A stretch of DNA of 64,000 nucleotides. Source: Eledone cirrhosa (taxonomy: Eukaryota). This document shows positions 1 to 18,110 of this stretch, in pieces. The translations under genes were made by a program, and so were the position numbers. The notes beneath the pieces were generated by a model. That model did no database searches. It had not been told where the DNA came from and saw nothing but the letters and a program-made list of their open reading frames with translations. Where the stretch lies: positions 49,414,001 to 49,478,000 of the forward strand of contig OZ024749.1 in assembly GCA_964016885.1 (NCBI GenBank). Direction: 5' to 3'. Numbering within the stretch: the stretch's first letter is position 1; each line of letters opens with the position of its first letter.

Positions 1-82
1 CCTACAATTAAAAAGAAAATATTTAAAATAAGTGCTTGCTGCAATAATATGTATCTCTTTTCTAACAACACGCAAATAGACT

Positions 83-125
<43 letters not shown>

Positions 126-580
126 GGAGGTGAGTTTCATTGTAGTACAATAAAGCAATGCAGATATCGGATAAGAAGCACTCTACAGTTTGTGGGACTG
201 GAGTATGCATAATATAATGTTGATTTAAAACTGCACTATCCACAAGTGTTTTTTAGCCTTCATATCATGTTCTCCTGTTTTATCTGATGAAAACACAAAT
301 ATTATTGCTTGATGATGTTTGTTTTTGAAATGCGCATAAAATATATGGAACTCCTTTAACCATCTTTTGATCTTATATTATATATATATATATATATATA
401 CACATGCATACGATATACATATATATCTTGTTAAATAGTTGACTCACTTAGTGTAAATAACTGAGTAGTACTGGACAGAATCGTGTAAGTAACCTCAAAT
501 ACAATAAAGCGGAGAGCTACTCTTGCCCCCTTGTATTATTTTTCCATGAGTGGTCTCCAGTTTTCCGGTGTTATTATGAA

Positions 581-740
581 AGGGCAATGGATTGGCAGTA
601 TAAGTAGAGGGTCGGACGCCATACCATGACGTATGGAGTTACGGTCCTTGCCATTCTGAGTTCAAATCCAGCCGATGTTAACTTTGCCTTTCATTCATAC
701 GGGCTCGATAAAATAAAGTACCAGTAATGAACTGGGTATT
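581..740 (+). mobile_element. tRNA-derived SINE copy, 3' tail missing
   Basis: Same head and body as the full copy at 14571: TGGCAG A-box-like, GAGTTCAAATCC B-box, then CTTTGCCTTTCAT...CGATAAAATAAAGTACCAGTAATG. Confidence 0.85.
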
Positions 741-3700
741 TCCGAGGTATTTCCTTTTTCAAAAATTATTATGAAATCGTCTTCTTTTTGACGACTACAT
801 TAACATTCTATTTATTATCAGCTAATATTTTACACACACATATATATATATATATATATATTTGTTTGTATTTGAATAAAGATTTGTATTTTAAAAAATT
901 GTAGTTCCGTATCATATACTATATATATATATATATATATATAGTAATAATAATAAATTTGAAAAATAAAATCCAAAGAGGGCACGATAAGGATAAATAT
1001 ACATCAACTATATAAGAGCTGTAGAGAAAACATTTATTAAATCTGTTATTTTAATAAATAAATGTAGATATATATAATAGTATATGATACAACATTAATT
1101 CATACCAATATTTCTTCAAACGCATACTTATAAATAATATCTAATTGGAAAGACAATTAAGTTGCGTAAAAACAAATAGACACGTTATGGATAAACTGCA
1201 ATCAAATCCAACAAACGAAGTACCAGTCAAGTCACCGTATATGTATGTATTCACACATAAATAAATGCACACAAATAGACATATACAAAATCTCCACACA
1301 TATTTAAATAAATCCTGACTCTCTTCTCTTGATCAAGCTAAGCATTCGTGTTGTGTCAGCTAGAATTGGAGTGTTAATGGGCTGACCAAGCCCATAGCTG
1401 TTATTTGTCTGTACTAAGCCCAAAACAAAATATAACGAGCCAAAGCGTAACAACATTAAGTATTTCAGAATAAACTATGCACATCATTATAGGCCGCTTT
1501 TTCAAAGTTAATTGAATCACGGTATATCTCTTCAAAAAAGAAATAACCCAACCGGTATTTTACATCATATTTTCAAACAGAGCTCTCTATGATTACGATT
1601 ATACCTTCCTACAGAATAAAAATCAGTAAGGCATGCGATGTTGCCATGCCTACATGCATCATATTATTGATATACGATATACCAATTATGTTTGAAATTA
1701 TATTATATACATGAAGTATTCTGAGAATTGAATATGTTTCTAACGATCGTCAAGTTTTCATTAATCATGGATATATTCGCTCCCCTTGCTAGAAAAAAAA
1801 AGAAAACCGTGCACACATCTATTAAATTACAAAATTATGAAGAGCACCATATACGAACTTTTATTAATCAAGGGAAGCTGATGATCCCGGTTTACACTAT
1901 AGCACCACAGTCTGGACTATGATTGCATTTCCTAAAATTCCTATTAGTGCAGTCATTCTAATACGTCAACAAACTCGCGTCTACAAATAAGTATATACTC
2001 GGCTACTTTATATGTTTGAACAACAATGTCAGTGTCAGTTTCATCATTGTTAGTAGGTTTATATATAACGTAGGAAGTAATGCTCTTAATTTAACATGCT
2101 TGACTCTAAACAGTATCACCTACTGTATGTACACCCCCATCTGGATATCTGAGAAGTAAATACGTATAACAATGGGACATCATTCGCATATCCTATGATT
2201 TATAGCACATATTACCACAACGGCGTAAGTGCCACATTATCTATAACTGGGAATTCTACAATTATCCAGAACATGATTTTGAAGAATATTGTCACGAGAT
2301 TGAATTATTGATTTTTTTTTTTTTTTGCTTAGAGAAACAGATAATCATAATAGACGGACACATTTTATTCACTGAATCACATACATCCCATTATTGCTGA
2401 TTCTCAAGCGTAGTGGTAAAAATAAATAGAATCATATATTTTAGCCTTGTATTGTATTTTTTTCTTTTATATACAGCAACGTCGCCGTTCACATACATGA
2501 AATTCCTCATAACTAGGAGTATATCTTTCTACTTTATATGACAATAGGGAACGTCACATACTCTAAAATAATGTATGTGCATGTTTGGAAACCATATTTA
2601 AAGCTTACAAAAACGTACGTAATATATTGTTTTCACAGTGTAGCAATATTCTATTAAACCTTTATTTTATCGGAAGCAATGTTATTCTCCAGCGTAACAC
2701 AAGGGAATTATCCCAAACAGAAACTCCCAAATATATTGCTGTTTCTCTACTTAAGATAGGGATGCACTATTTATAATTTCTTACTAGTGGTAACATTATA
2801 GTAAGCAAACCGCACACAATTTCAAATATTAATTATTCTTCTATTCATCAGCAGAGCCACAGGTATATCTACATACGTTTATACACATATGCATTTTATG
2901 AATACTTATAAATGGGATTGTCTATGTTCCTTATTTATAATTGTCATGAATTACACCACTAAATTTCCGTTTTGAAGGATTGAGGAGCGCCTGTGTATGT
3001 TTCTCTCGAGATGGGGAACATGTGTTAAATACTTCACATTTTTCAAGACGTTAGATATTTTCCTTTATTATATATCCTGCTCTCCTACATTGAGTACAAT
3101 GAAACCAATCTTTTCATTAATATATTGTCAATTATAGTGTTTGTTTTACGTCTGTCAAAATAATATTTTTATGATTTATAGCAATTATATATAGTGTGTA
3201 GAATCATCACGGAAATAAGACACACATTAATGCCAAAATAAAATCATATAACACAATTAGAATAAAGGTGTATCGATAGAAGACATCACAATTTTAATAA
3301 TTTGGAAACAATATATCACATTGACCCTATAAACCAAACTTGTAATGATATGACTACCAACTTAATAAAGAAATATAATAATTGTTATTGAAAAAAAAAG
3401 TAATTATATAAATTAAGGAGGAAATTTATAGCGCGAATTAATTCAGATATGAAATGAATTTCAATTTCAGAGAATGATACTATAAACGCTTGGAAAATGA
3501 TACTCTAAAAAAGTTAATTTATATTCATTTTGTATTTAAACAATATTGAAATACATTTCCCTTTTAACGATACAAATGAAAATCATGCTGAAGCACTCTC
3601 CAGATGCGTGTCTGTCTATAACAGAGATAATCTTAAGACAGGATGGGGATTGAAATATCATACAATTGAAATAGCACATTCTGCCTACCATGCCATTCAT

Positions 3701-4433
3701 TACATTAGATTAAAACATCTGACAGTGAATAGGCTACGTTTCGAAAGTTAACACATGATATAAGTCTAGGTGAAAATTATAGTAACTAGTCACTAAGAAC
3801 AATGATATGACTATTTAATTCCATATTAAATATACGTAAATTGTAATAAAGAAAGAGGATTCATAATGACTTTAGTATATAAGGATGTACATGATATTTT
3901 TACCGACATGCTGCAGGATGATTTTCTGAAATGGTGTTCCAAACCTAATTGTTTACTGTAGTTACGGAGGAATGTTAGAGCATGCTTTAGACTGAATGAA
4001 TACGAACAAATTGTATTAACGACCAAATAACTGAAATTATTATGCAAGTGAAATAATTTGCATGGTCATCAAGGAGTAATTGATGTCCCACTAAAACAGT
4101 AATCATTCGTGGATGAATTCCAGGAATATTCGTTGTGTGTGATCAATATAATATACACTAACTCTTCACAAATGTTGTTGGGTAATAATATCGTAATACA
4201 ATTTAATGTGCGATGGTCAGAAAACAAGGTTACAACTATTCCTTCTAATCTCACAGAAACAATGACTAATATCAATCAACATTGTAATTTTTACTATTTG
4301 TTAGTATTTTACATGAAAGTCCATTAATTTCCTCAAATGGAACGTTTATATGCAATATTGAAGTGTTCTTTAAATGCATATATTATCACTTACGTTTATT
4401 ATAATAAATCTAGTATAATATTTGAAATTATGT

Positions 4434-4620
4434 TTATTCCTGAGAGTGTATTGGAGGCAGTGTCATCAAACACTCGTTCCTGTGGGTCCTGTCAGAAGCA
4501 AACGTCCACAACTGATCATACCGGATGTCGTAGACGAGTCTAGCCAATGTCATGGATGCTATCCAACCATCGTGTTCAGGGTCTGGTCCTGGGTATCCTG
4601 CCTGTGTGCTCGACTTCAAA
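4434..4620 (-). mobile_element. Degenerate 3' fragment of an RTE-type LINE ORF
   Basis: Minus strand reads GRIPRTRP*TRWLDSIHDIG*TRL then, after a frameshift, FASDRTHRNECLMTLPPIHSQE*. This matches the RTE C-terminal pattern G.RPRGRP..RW.D...A.DR..W...LPP. Homologous to 46109-46260. Confidence 0.65.
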
Positions 4621-5402
4621 TAATATATGGACTACCTTTGAGAAACACACATACATATTTGGCAAGTTTACACAAACGTATATGATGATTCACCATGTTT
4701 TCAATAACCCCTTTCGAAATACTATTAATAGTATCGTTGATTAAGTTTCTCTAGTGGTTGTATGGTGATTTTTTATATAATCGTATGTATGTCTAAATGA
4801 AAATCTAGATTAATTAGAACAAGTATTGATCGCAGCAATATTTTGTATAAAATTTAACGTAATCAAAATAGTAGCCACACCTCGTTAAATCATCTTATGT
4901 TTGTTTGCATATCGCAAACATTAAAAACATTCAAAGGAATTATTAAACACCATCAGACTGATATTATTTCCTCATTAACTTTAGCAAACATTATTTTCAT
5001 ACTTAAATATCGATACTGAATTTTATTGATTGATCTTGCGTATTGATTCTTGAATATCTTGTTAACAATATGTTAACAATTCTTCCTATGGACATGCCAC
5101 TTTAAGCCGTCTAGATATTTTAAACAATTTTACCGTACATATATATGGAGGGAAAATAATAATGGCGTTATTTAGACCAATTGAGAGGAATCTAATGAGT
5201 TTCATACATGTTTCGTTGCTCTATAAATATATTTCAGTTATTTTACGAGTGAAAATATTTTTAATATTTATTGTGCACAATTATAATTTGATTTTAGGTT
5301 AAATTGTTAGTTCCATGTTTCCCTTTATCATTTAGAAGACTGGCAAGAGAGTGGAAATTGTTACTTCCTCAGGCACTCACACACACAAACGCAGACGCAC
5401 GT

Positions 5403-5506
<104 letters not shown>

Positions 5507-5864
5507 GTATGGTCGTTTTTGGAAGCCTCTACAGTGCCGATGGATAAATCACGGAGTAACATAATCAGTTGGCAGTCAGAAGACAGGGAATATATGTGGA
5601 AGAAACTAAATATAAGCAGAAATGAAAATGATCAAGTAAACTTAGAATAGATTCATTTGTCCCGATATTTCAGAGTCTCATCCATCCTCACGGATCTAAG
5701 AGGTATCCTTGATTGAAAGAGCGAGAACATATCGTTTTCCAACTAGATTTATTGAGGCAACCATGGGCCCTTCATATTACACTGCCTACATGGACAGAGC
5801 ACTATTGCGTACCCGTTTACCTTATACTGGACGGTTTTCCTTCTCGGCAAGCCACATGAATTGA

Positions 5865-5920
5865 ATATATGTCACTGATGAAATCTAACTAGATTGAAAC
5901 AAGTTCAGTGTACAATATAC
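5865..5920 (+). ncRNA. Degenerate hammerhead-ribozyme-like motif (Penelope pLTR-like relic)
   Basis: CTGATGA (5875-5881), perfect stem II AATCTA/TAGATT, GAAAC (5896-5900), AAGTTC, imperfect stem I (TATATGTCA/TGTACAATATA), with AATAAA downstream at about 5935. Confidence 0.5.
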
Positions 5921-6512
5921 ACACACAGACTTATAATAAATGTACATTGAGACTATACATCGTTGCACGTAAAAATGTGTTCAAGTGACACATTTAATCA
6001 TTTACTTGAGATTAAGTAATGGACAAATCAATGTTTCTTTTTATGTTAGCTGAAGTTTAAATATAATCGAAAGTTTACTCTACAGTTTGCCATTGGGAAT
6101 TATGCGAACAACTACGTTATGGCGGTAATTTGACGTTTTATATATGATGTATCTGGCAAAACTTTATTCCCTGATTGTACTCTTGCGTAATTTAGATGCA
6201 ATTTAATGTTCAAAAGACATGTCTTTATATAAGATGTTTAAGAAAAGTGTTTGATCTTCTTTTGTAAATATGCACTTTTAAAGAGCCGATGTGATCTTTT
6301 ATCAAAGGTAATTATATACAGACATTGTATATCCTTTGTTCTGAAGACAGTTCATGAATTGTTCCTTAACGATAATCGAATTTCTTGTCTCGAATATTCT
6401 TCTAAAGAATTATTCACTTAAAAAGTTCATAGTCATTCATTCAGCCATTAAACATATATGCAGAACACATCCAAAACACGCAAACACACACGCACACATA
6501 TACCCCCCCCCA

Positions 6513-9783
<3,271 letters not shown>

Positions 9784-10034
9784 ACACAACACAAACATAC
9801 ATGTGATTATAGAGGTACGAACATTCACGCACACACACACACACACACACACACAGGATTACATTTTCAGTTTAGTGACAGTTTCTTTCTAAGTTTAATT
9901 TGCTTTTATGCGGATATTCTTCGGGACGTAATCATTTAAACTTTTGTGATGTGTTCATGTTCATATCTTTCCACACACCGTTAATGCTTTTGTGAAATAA
10001 ACTGCAACAACACTATCGTCTCAAATAAAAGTCC

Positions 10035-10216
10035 TGGGCAGTAACGGTAGAGTGTTGGACGCCATGCTTTCCTGCATAGTTACGTCCCTTTACGATCTGA
10101 GTTCAAATCCCGCCGAGGTTGACTTTGCCTTTCATCCTTACGGGGTCGATAAAATAAAGTACCAGTAATGCAGTGGGAAAATTTGCTGGCCTTGTGCCTA
10201 AAGTAGAAACAATTAT
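10035..10216 (+). mobile_element. tRNA-derived SINE copy
   Basis: B-box GAGTTCAAATCC, body, and tail GCTGGCCTTGTGCCTAAAGTAGAAACAATTAT. Confidence 0.88.
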
Positions 10217-10224
10217 ATTGAGTT

Positions 10225-10411
10225 AATAATTGTTTCTCCTTTTGGCACAAGGCCAGCAATTACACAGTACACTACTGGTACTTTGTTTTATCAACCTCTC
10301 TATGGATGAAAGGCAAAGTTACCCTCGGTTGGATTTGAACTCAGATCGTAAAGGGACGTAACTATGCTGGAAAGCATGTCCGACAATCTACCGTTACTGC
10401 CAATTCACCAC
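10225..10411 (-). mobile_element. tRNA-derived SINE copy
   Basis: Reverse complement of the same family (GGCACAAGGCCAGCAAT...GGATTTGAACTCAG...ACTGCCAATTCACC). Confidence 0.88.
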
Positions 10412-10427
10412 TCTCTTATATTTAGTT

Positions 10428-10612
10428 AATAATTGTTTCTACTGTAGGCACAAGGCCAGCAATTACCCAGTAAATTACTGGTAATTTATTTTATCGACCC
10501 CGTAAGGACGAAAGGCAAAGTCAACCTCGGCGGGCTTTGAACCAGATCGTAAAGGGACGTAACTATGTTGGAAAGCATGGCTTCCGACCCTCTACCGATA
10601 CTGCCAATCCAA
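10428..10612 (-). mobile_element. tRNA-derived SINE copy
   Basis: Full reverse-complement copy directly after the previous one. Confidence 0.88.
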
Positions 10613-11127
10613 CTTCCTCTCTGGTATGCATCTGGAGCGCCTGTTATTAATTTGAGCTCTTCTTAAATCGTTACCGCCAGCACTTTGCTTCTGGTACAGT
10701 CTCACAAGCAATAATACCCACTATCACTACCTGTTCTCACCATAGCTGTAAGAATAGTATTCTAGTGGACTTTAGCACAGACCAATATATACAAATACAT
10801 ACAACTAAATTCATCTATGTACAACACATATCCAACACAAAGAGATGCTGATATTATTTCCTGTTCTCCATTGAGGCCCTATGCAATTATACCCATCTTA
10901 TGATTTACGGTTTTATATAACTTTGCAAAATATTTTGGCTTGTGTTCACACATCCGACTTACTTCCAGGCCCTGAGTTATTTAATTAGGACATCTTATAC
11001 TATGCCTACATTCCTATTTTCTGTTTACTTCACACACACTCTCCTATATCTGTATATAATAAAGACGGTTAACAGAACAAGTATTTTCCGGATAATAAAA
11101 TGAATGTGAGAAGTTTGAAATATTTCC

Positions 11128-11272
11128 ATATATATATATATGTTATATATATATATATATAATATATATATATATAATATATATATATAATATATATATA
11201 TATATAATATATAGATAATATATATATATAATATAATATATAATATATATATATAATATATATATATAATAT
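11128..11272. repeat. TA/TAA microsatellite
   Basis: Directly visible. Confidence 0.9.
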
Positions 11273-11462
11273 AATTGTTTCTACTTTTGGCACAAGGCCA
11301 GCAATTATCCAGTACATTACTGGTACTTTATTTTATCGACCCCATAAGGATGAAAGGCAAAGTTAACCTCGGCGGGATTTGAACTCAGAATGGCAAGGGC
11401 CGTAACTCTATGCGTCAAAGCATGGCGTCCAAACCTCTACCGATACTGCCAATTCACCGCCC
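11271..11462 (-). mobile_element. Full-length tRNA-derived SINE embedded in a TA tract
   Basis: Tail ATAATTGTTTCTACTTTTGGCACAAGGCC through head ACTGCCAATTCACCGCCC. Confidence 0.9.
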
Positions 11463-11463
11463 T

Positions 11464-12691
<1,228 letters not shown>

Positions 12692-13859
12692 CATTGGAAC
12701 ATTATTGTTTAAGGCTCTCGTTAGAAGAGAGCTTTTATACCTAAAGTTTTGTCGAACGGATGTGTGAGATCATCTGTATCAGCTACTTCCTGAAATGCCT
12801 GTCCAATTATTTATAGACGAAAACTTCTGTATAAACATTTTCAGAATTCACATTTATATAAAGACAAGTTATACAATATCCATTGCAGTGTAAATGAACA
12901 TTTATAGAATATATTAGTTGATATCTACATTGATAAACCTTTGAAATTGAAGTAAATAATAAAATTCTAAGTCTTGAAATGCTGTAATGTCGTAGAGCTC
13001 TATTGAAAATATATATATATAATCCTTACGTCCTAAATGGTATTAAGTCGTTTCTTGTAGAAGTTTTAAATACATTCTGGTGAAATACATCCAATTTATT
13101 AATTTTTTTTTTTGTTTATATTACAAGGGAATTTGAAAAACAGGAAAAGTGTCAGACGAAATCTAAGGAAAAGAAAATGGACAATAAGGAGACAAGTATA
13201 TAAGAAGAGGAGAAAGAAAAACAAAGGATATTAAAAATATGGTGATTTTTATAATAATGAAATAAAATGCTAAACATAAGAATTAATATGAAAGTAATGT
13301 TATGCTGACAGCCATAAAAATAATGTAGACAAATAAGTTTGAATAGGTGAATAAGATTATAATGATTATGATGATATTTGTAAATATGATGATGGTGATG
13401 GTACTGTTGTTGATGTTGATCGTGATGAGGAATTGAAGTAATATTGATTATATGTTAGATTAAAAATAATATTTTTCCTACATTTTATATATTTACATCA
13501 TCTTGTTTCTACAACGTTGATGCCATATATATTTTAATCCTTTTTCTGCCTAGTAGACCGATATTTGTAACAGGATTTTCACTGTTTGTACAAGAGAACG
13601 CAAAGAAACGAAAAACAGATCAAAATAAAATGAATGTGAATAATACGAAACAATAATAAACAACTGAACCTTGAATAATTCTTCACCATATTTGTCTTTC
13701 GATGTTTATCATGTTCCGTTTTGCCAGCTGATATTTCACGTATTTAAACAAATATCGACATCTTTTATATGTTTGCGTCTTTCGTTTATAAATACATGGC
13801 CTGTTATGCCGTCATTTTCACACGTAGAAATATTTTAATGTGTATGTGTATGTATGTCA

Positions 13860-14520
<661 letters not shown>

Positions 14521-14570
14521 CAGAGGTGTAGAATCATCTTCAGTGACTGGGTATTATTTTATTTGTTTTT

Positions 14571-14760
14571 AGGGCAGTGGATTGGCAGTGTCGGTAGAGG
14601 GTCGGACGCCATGCTTTCCAGCATAGTTACGTCCCTTTACGATCTGAGTTCAAATCCCGCCGAGGGTGACTTTGCCTTTCATCCTTAGGGGGTCGATAAA
14701 ATAAAGTACCAGTAATGCACTGTGTAATTGCTGGCCTTGTGCCTAAAGTAGAAACAATTA
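14571..14760 (+). mobile_element. Full-length tRNA-derived SINE with an 18-bp target-site duplication
   Basis: A-box-like TGGCAGTGTCGG (14583-14594) and B-box GAGTTCAAATCC (14646-14657). TSD ATTATTTTATTTGTTTTT at 14553-14570 and 14757-14774. Confidence 0.92.
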
Positions 14761-15067
14761 TTTTATTTGTTTTTGCGCCTCTCCTTTGTTCTCTCCTACG
14801 CCATCTTGTTTTTTAGAAAAACAAGATCGCGTAGGACAGAACGATGGAGAGGCACAAATATAAATAAAAGAATCCCCAGTCACTGAAGAGGTCACATAAT
14901 GTGTGACAAAAGAACGATGACAATATAAACAATCAACCGGTTGTGGAACCAACCAACCAACCCGAAATTTATAAATTCCTAATTTTATAAATTTATTATA
15001 ATAAATTGAAGTGAAAGCACTGGTGCGTGTATTTCTTATTGGCAACATGACCCTCACAAAGTATAAC

Positions 15068-15092
15068 AATATATATAAATATATATATATAA

Positions 15093-15149
<57 letters not shown>

Positions 15150-15172
15150 TATATATAAATATATATATATAA

Positions 15173-15217
<45 letters not shown>

Positions 15218-15230
15218 TATATATATAAGT

Positions 15231-15262
<32 letters not shown>
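15068..15262. repeat. (TA)n microsatellite
   Basis: Directly visible. Confidence 0.93.
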
Positions 15263-15263
<1 letters not shown>

Positions 15264-15799
15264 CACTTAATATAGGAATTTAGATATTTGTTTATATCAT
15301 AATAACAAAATTGTACAACGATGTTTAGTCCAAAAAAGAACTGAGAAAATATGGCTGCAATTTATATTTCATGTTTTCAACTACGAGTGTATATACTGAA
15401 ATTCTATAGTTTCTTTATTAAATACAAAAGCATACACAGACTGTTTTTGAACGAAACAAAAAAAATAATGAATGGTATGTATTTTCCGTTTAGTTTATAC
15501 ACAATTTTGTTCAATTTCATGTTATTCTCTGTGAACGTATTACTTAACTTAAAATCTCTTTAGTAAAATCAATACATAACAAAGACAAACGAAATGTTGA
15601 AGTTGTTTTCGTTTTATTTGAAACCGTATTTGCCTAACTATTTGAAACCCGTGTGTTTTCTTTGTTTTCTATTTTCCTTTTTTTTTTGTTTCAACACATA
15701 GAAATTAAGTTCTTTATAAATGTTCAATGAATTTCGTTAGAAACAGTCATAACAAGCACACACAGAGAAATGACTTTCTTTCTCCATTCCTTTCTCTGA

Positions 15800-15857
<58 letters not shown>

Positions 15858-15902
15858 CCTACTCATACGCACACACATACACGAATATACACACAGGCAC
15901 AT

Positions 15903-15939
<37 letters not shown>

Positions 15940-16049
15940 CATACATGTTGGTTATACTTTTACTTTCAGGTGTTAATAAAGAGTATTGACGTATCTCAAA
16001 TGAAATAAGTTTGATATTGTCCAGTACTCATGTTAATTAATTGTAAAGA

Positions 16050-16092
16050 TCTTACCTGCGTTAAAACAGATTTGTTGAAATAGAGGTTAGTA
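16050..16092 (-). promoter_or_regulatory. Candidate splice signal: branch point plus 3' splice site fused to a 5' splice site (CAG|GTAAGA)
   Basis: Minus strand reads TACTAACCTCTATTTCAACAAATCTGTTTTAACGCAG|GTAAGA; the branch A is about 31 nt from the AG. Confidence 0.4.
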
Positions 16093-17279
16093 ACTGTTGT
16101 TATCAAGTACGATAAAGGACTGAATATGGGATCGTATATTACACCCACAGCAGTAATGACACTGGATAACATATACAGTTCAACTCATAATGCAGAGTTG
16201 TAACGATGCACTCAATTTTAAGAGCGAGGTCATAACGAATATACCTTTCTATTTATTGAAGAAATTGTACTACTTTAAATGCACTTGAATTATACTTGAT
16301 ATAATAAGTAAAAAAACAGGGAGAATAAAGTAATCAACCTCAGTTAAATTAAAATTAAATATTTACCGAACATGAATAAATATGGAAAGGCATTGTGACA
16401 AAATCTGCATGTAATTTTTGGTATCTACTGGCATGCAGATATTACATAATATAACGAAAGAATAGGTAATTAATATTTATCAAATATAGAAGAGGTTTTA
16501 AGCAATACATAGAAAAATATCACTCAGTGTGTCTTTCAATATATCATGTCTATGACCATGAACATTTGCAATTTCAGCAAAGTAATAAACCCAAACAAAC
16601 ACGAGATTATATTAATTTTATATACATATATAAACCTCGAACATGGAAATTATTGAACGTATTACACACATTGGCAAAACGTATATTAGAAGATTATTGC
16701 TATAACATGCAGCACTAAACTCTGTAATATATAGTAATAAAATCAATAACATTATGGAATAATCGTAAAAATAGCAATCTATAACCCAAAGGAAAATTGA
16801 AGATAATAAATGCTTAAGTGATATGAGATAATCCCTCCCAGAAAAGAAGTGCATGTTTTTGATACAAATAATAATAATGATTTCTGAAATCTATCATATA
16901 ATGGTTCTGTTTAATTTATTGAATGCAGAATGAGAACATGCAAAGTTGAGCTCGCCAGGATAAAAAAGAAAGGAAGATACCACTGTTAATTCATAAAGGA
17001 AGGCATTTTGCTGGACGTGTTATCTGTACCTCAGTATATTGTTATGTCATGTACTAGCTGTGGCACAAACGAAACAAATATTAGACCAGGAAAATCACTC
17101 GTTACCTACATATAATTGTTGTACCTAAATGAAATTAACACAATAAACGAATGAATTATGAATACAAATTACACTAACACACCTGATACCTGAGCAAATA
17201 TCTGAAGGTTGAGTCACAAACATATAAATAGTTTCGTCTCTGAAAATCTCTCAAGTAACGCTACTCGATAAACACAGTA

Positions 17280-17425
17280 GGTCTAATATCAAGGAGCCGC
17301 TATTTTATACATCGGGAGAACACGGCTTGTGTGCTATGGACATTTAGTTAGAATGTCTAGGTAAAGAAACGATGGATAGATCTTAGGAGGTAAGTTTTCA
17401 GGCAGTCATCTAAGATTTAAATGAC
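17280..17425 (+). mobile_element. Degenerate RTE-type LINE fragment
   Basis: Translates as RLVCYGHLVRMSR*RNDG*ILGGKFSGSHLR, resembling the RTE motif RLRWYGHVxRM...R....IL.....G.RPR. Confidence 0.5.
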
Positions 17426-17629
17426 CTGTAATTTGATTGGAAACGGGAGCCCCTGGGAGGTGTTTTGGGGTTTCAGTCATAATTTACCGAAGAAACCGAA
17501 ATCTTAGAAAGTAATGACATAGCTAACGTTGGATGGCTTTATTAATATAGAGAATATATAGAATATATACAATATATAGAACAGGGAGTTGCATAGCCCA
17601 CGGCAATTAATTTAGCTAGAGCTAAGACG

Positions 17630-18110
17630 GGAGCAACAACAACATAGACGGCGGCGACTATAACAACTGAAAGCAGTCTCAAACCGGGTATCTAATCAGT
17701 ACTCTTCAGCAACGTGAAATGAATTGTTTTGCCCATAATCACGACACATAACCGAGACTAGAAATCATACTGCTGACATAATCTTACGTCCGACACATCA
17801 CTAGGCCATGTACATCCACAACTACAACGAGAGTTATAGTACAACTACAACAATAGTGACGGCAGCAACTACAACAATGACATTGAGGGCACCACCAAAA
17901 ACACTGGCAGCAACAGCAGCAACACTGACGCCAGTAATTACTATAACTGTGACTGCAGTAACTGCAACACAAGTGATGGCAGCAACTAAAAAAAAAAAAC
18001 AACAACGTGGCAGCAACTACAACAACAGCAACAACAATGACGGCAAGACTGTCTATAACAGTAACTGTGTAACTGCTACAATTGTTACAAAGATGGCAAC
18101 TACACATTCA
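17630..18110. repeat. Degenerate (CAA/CAG/ACA)n low-complexity region
   Basis: Runs of ACAACA/GCAGCA/ACAACT; the Thr/Ala- and Cys/Val-rich ORFs derive from these. Confidence 0.75.

Noticed and set aside
4337-4744. Plus-strand peptide similarity (KHSFxWVLxEAN) between the 4.4-kb and 46.1-kb regions suggesting duplicated exons
   Set aside because: Better explained as the antisense reading of two decayed RTE LINE 3' ends; the frames contain stops.
14571-14660. tRNA gene
   Set aside because: A and B boxes are present but there is no cloverleaf; it is the head of a multi-copy SINE with a TSD.
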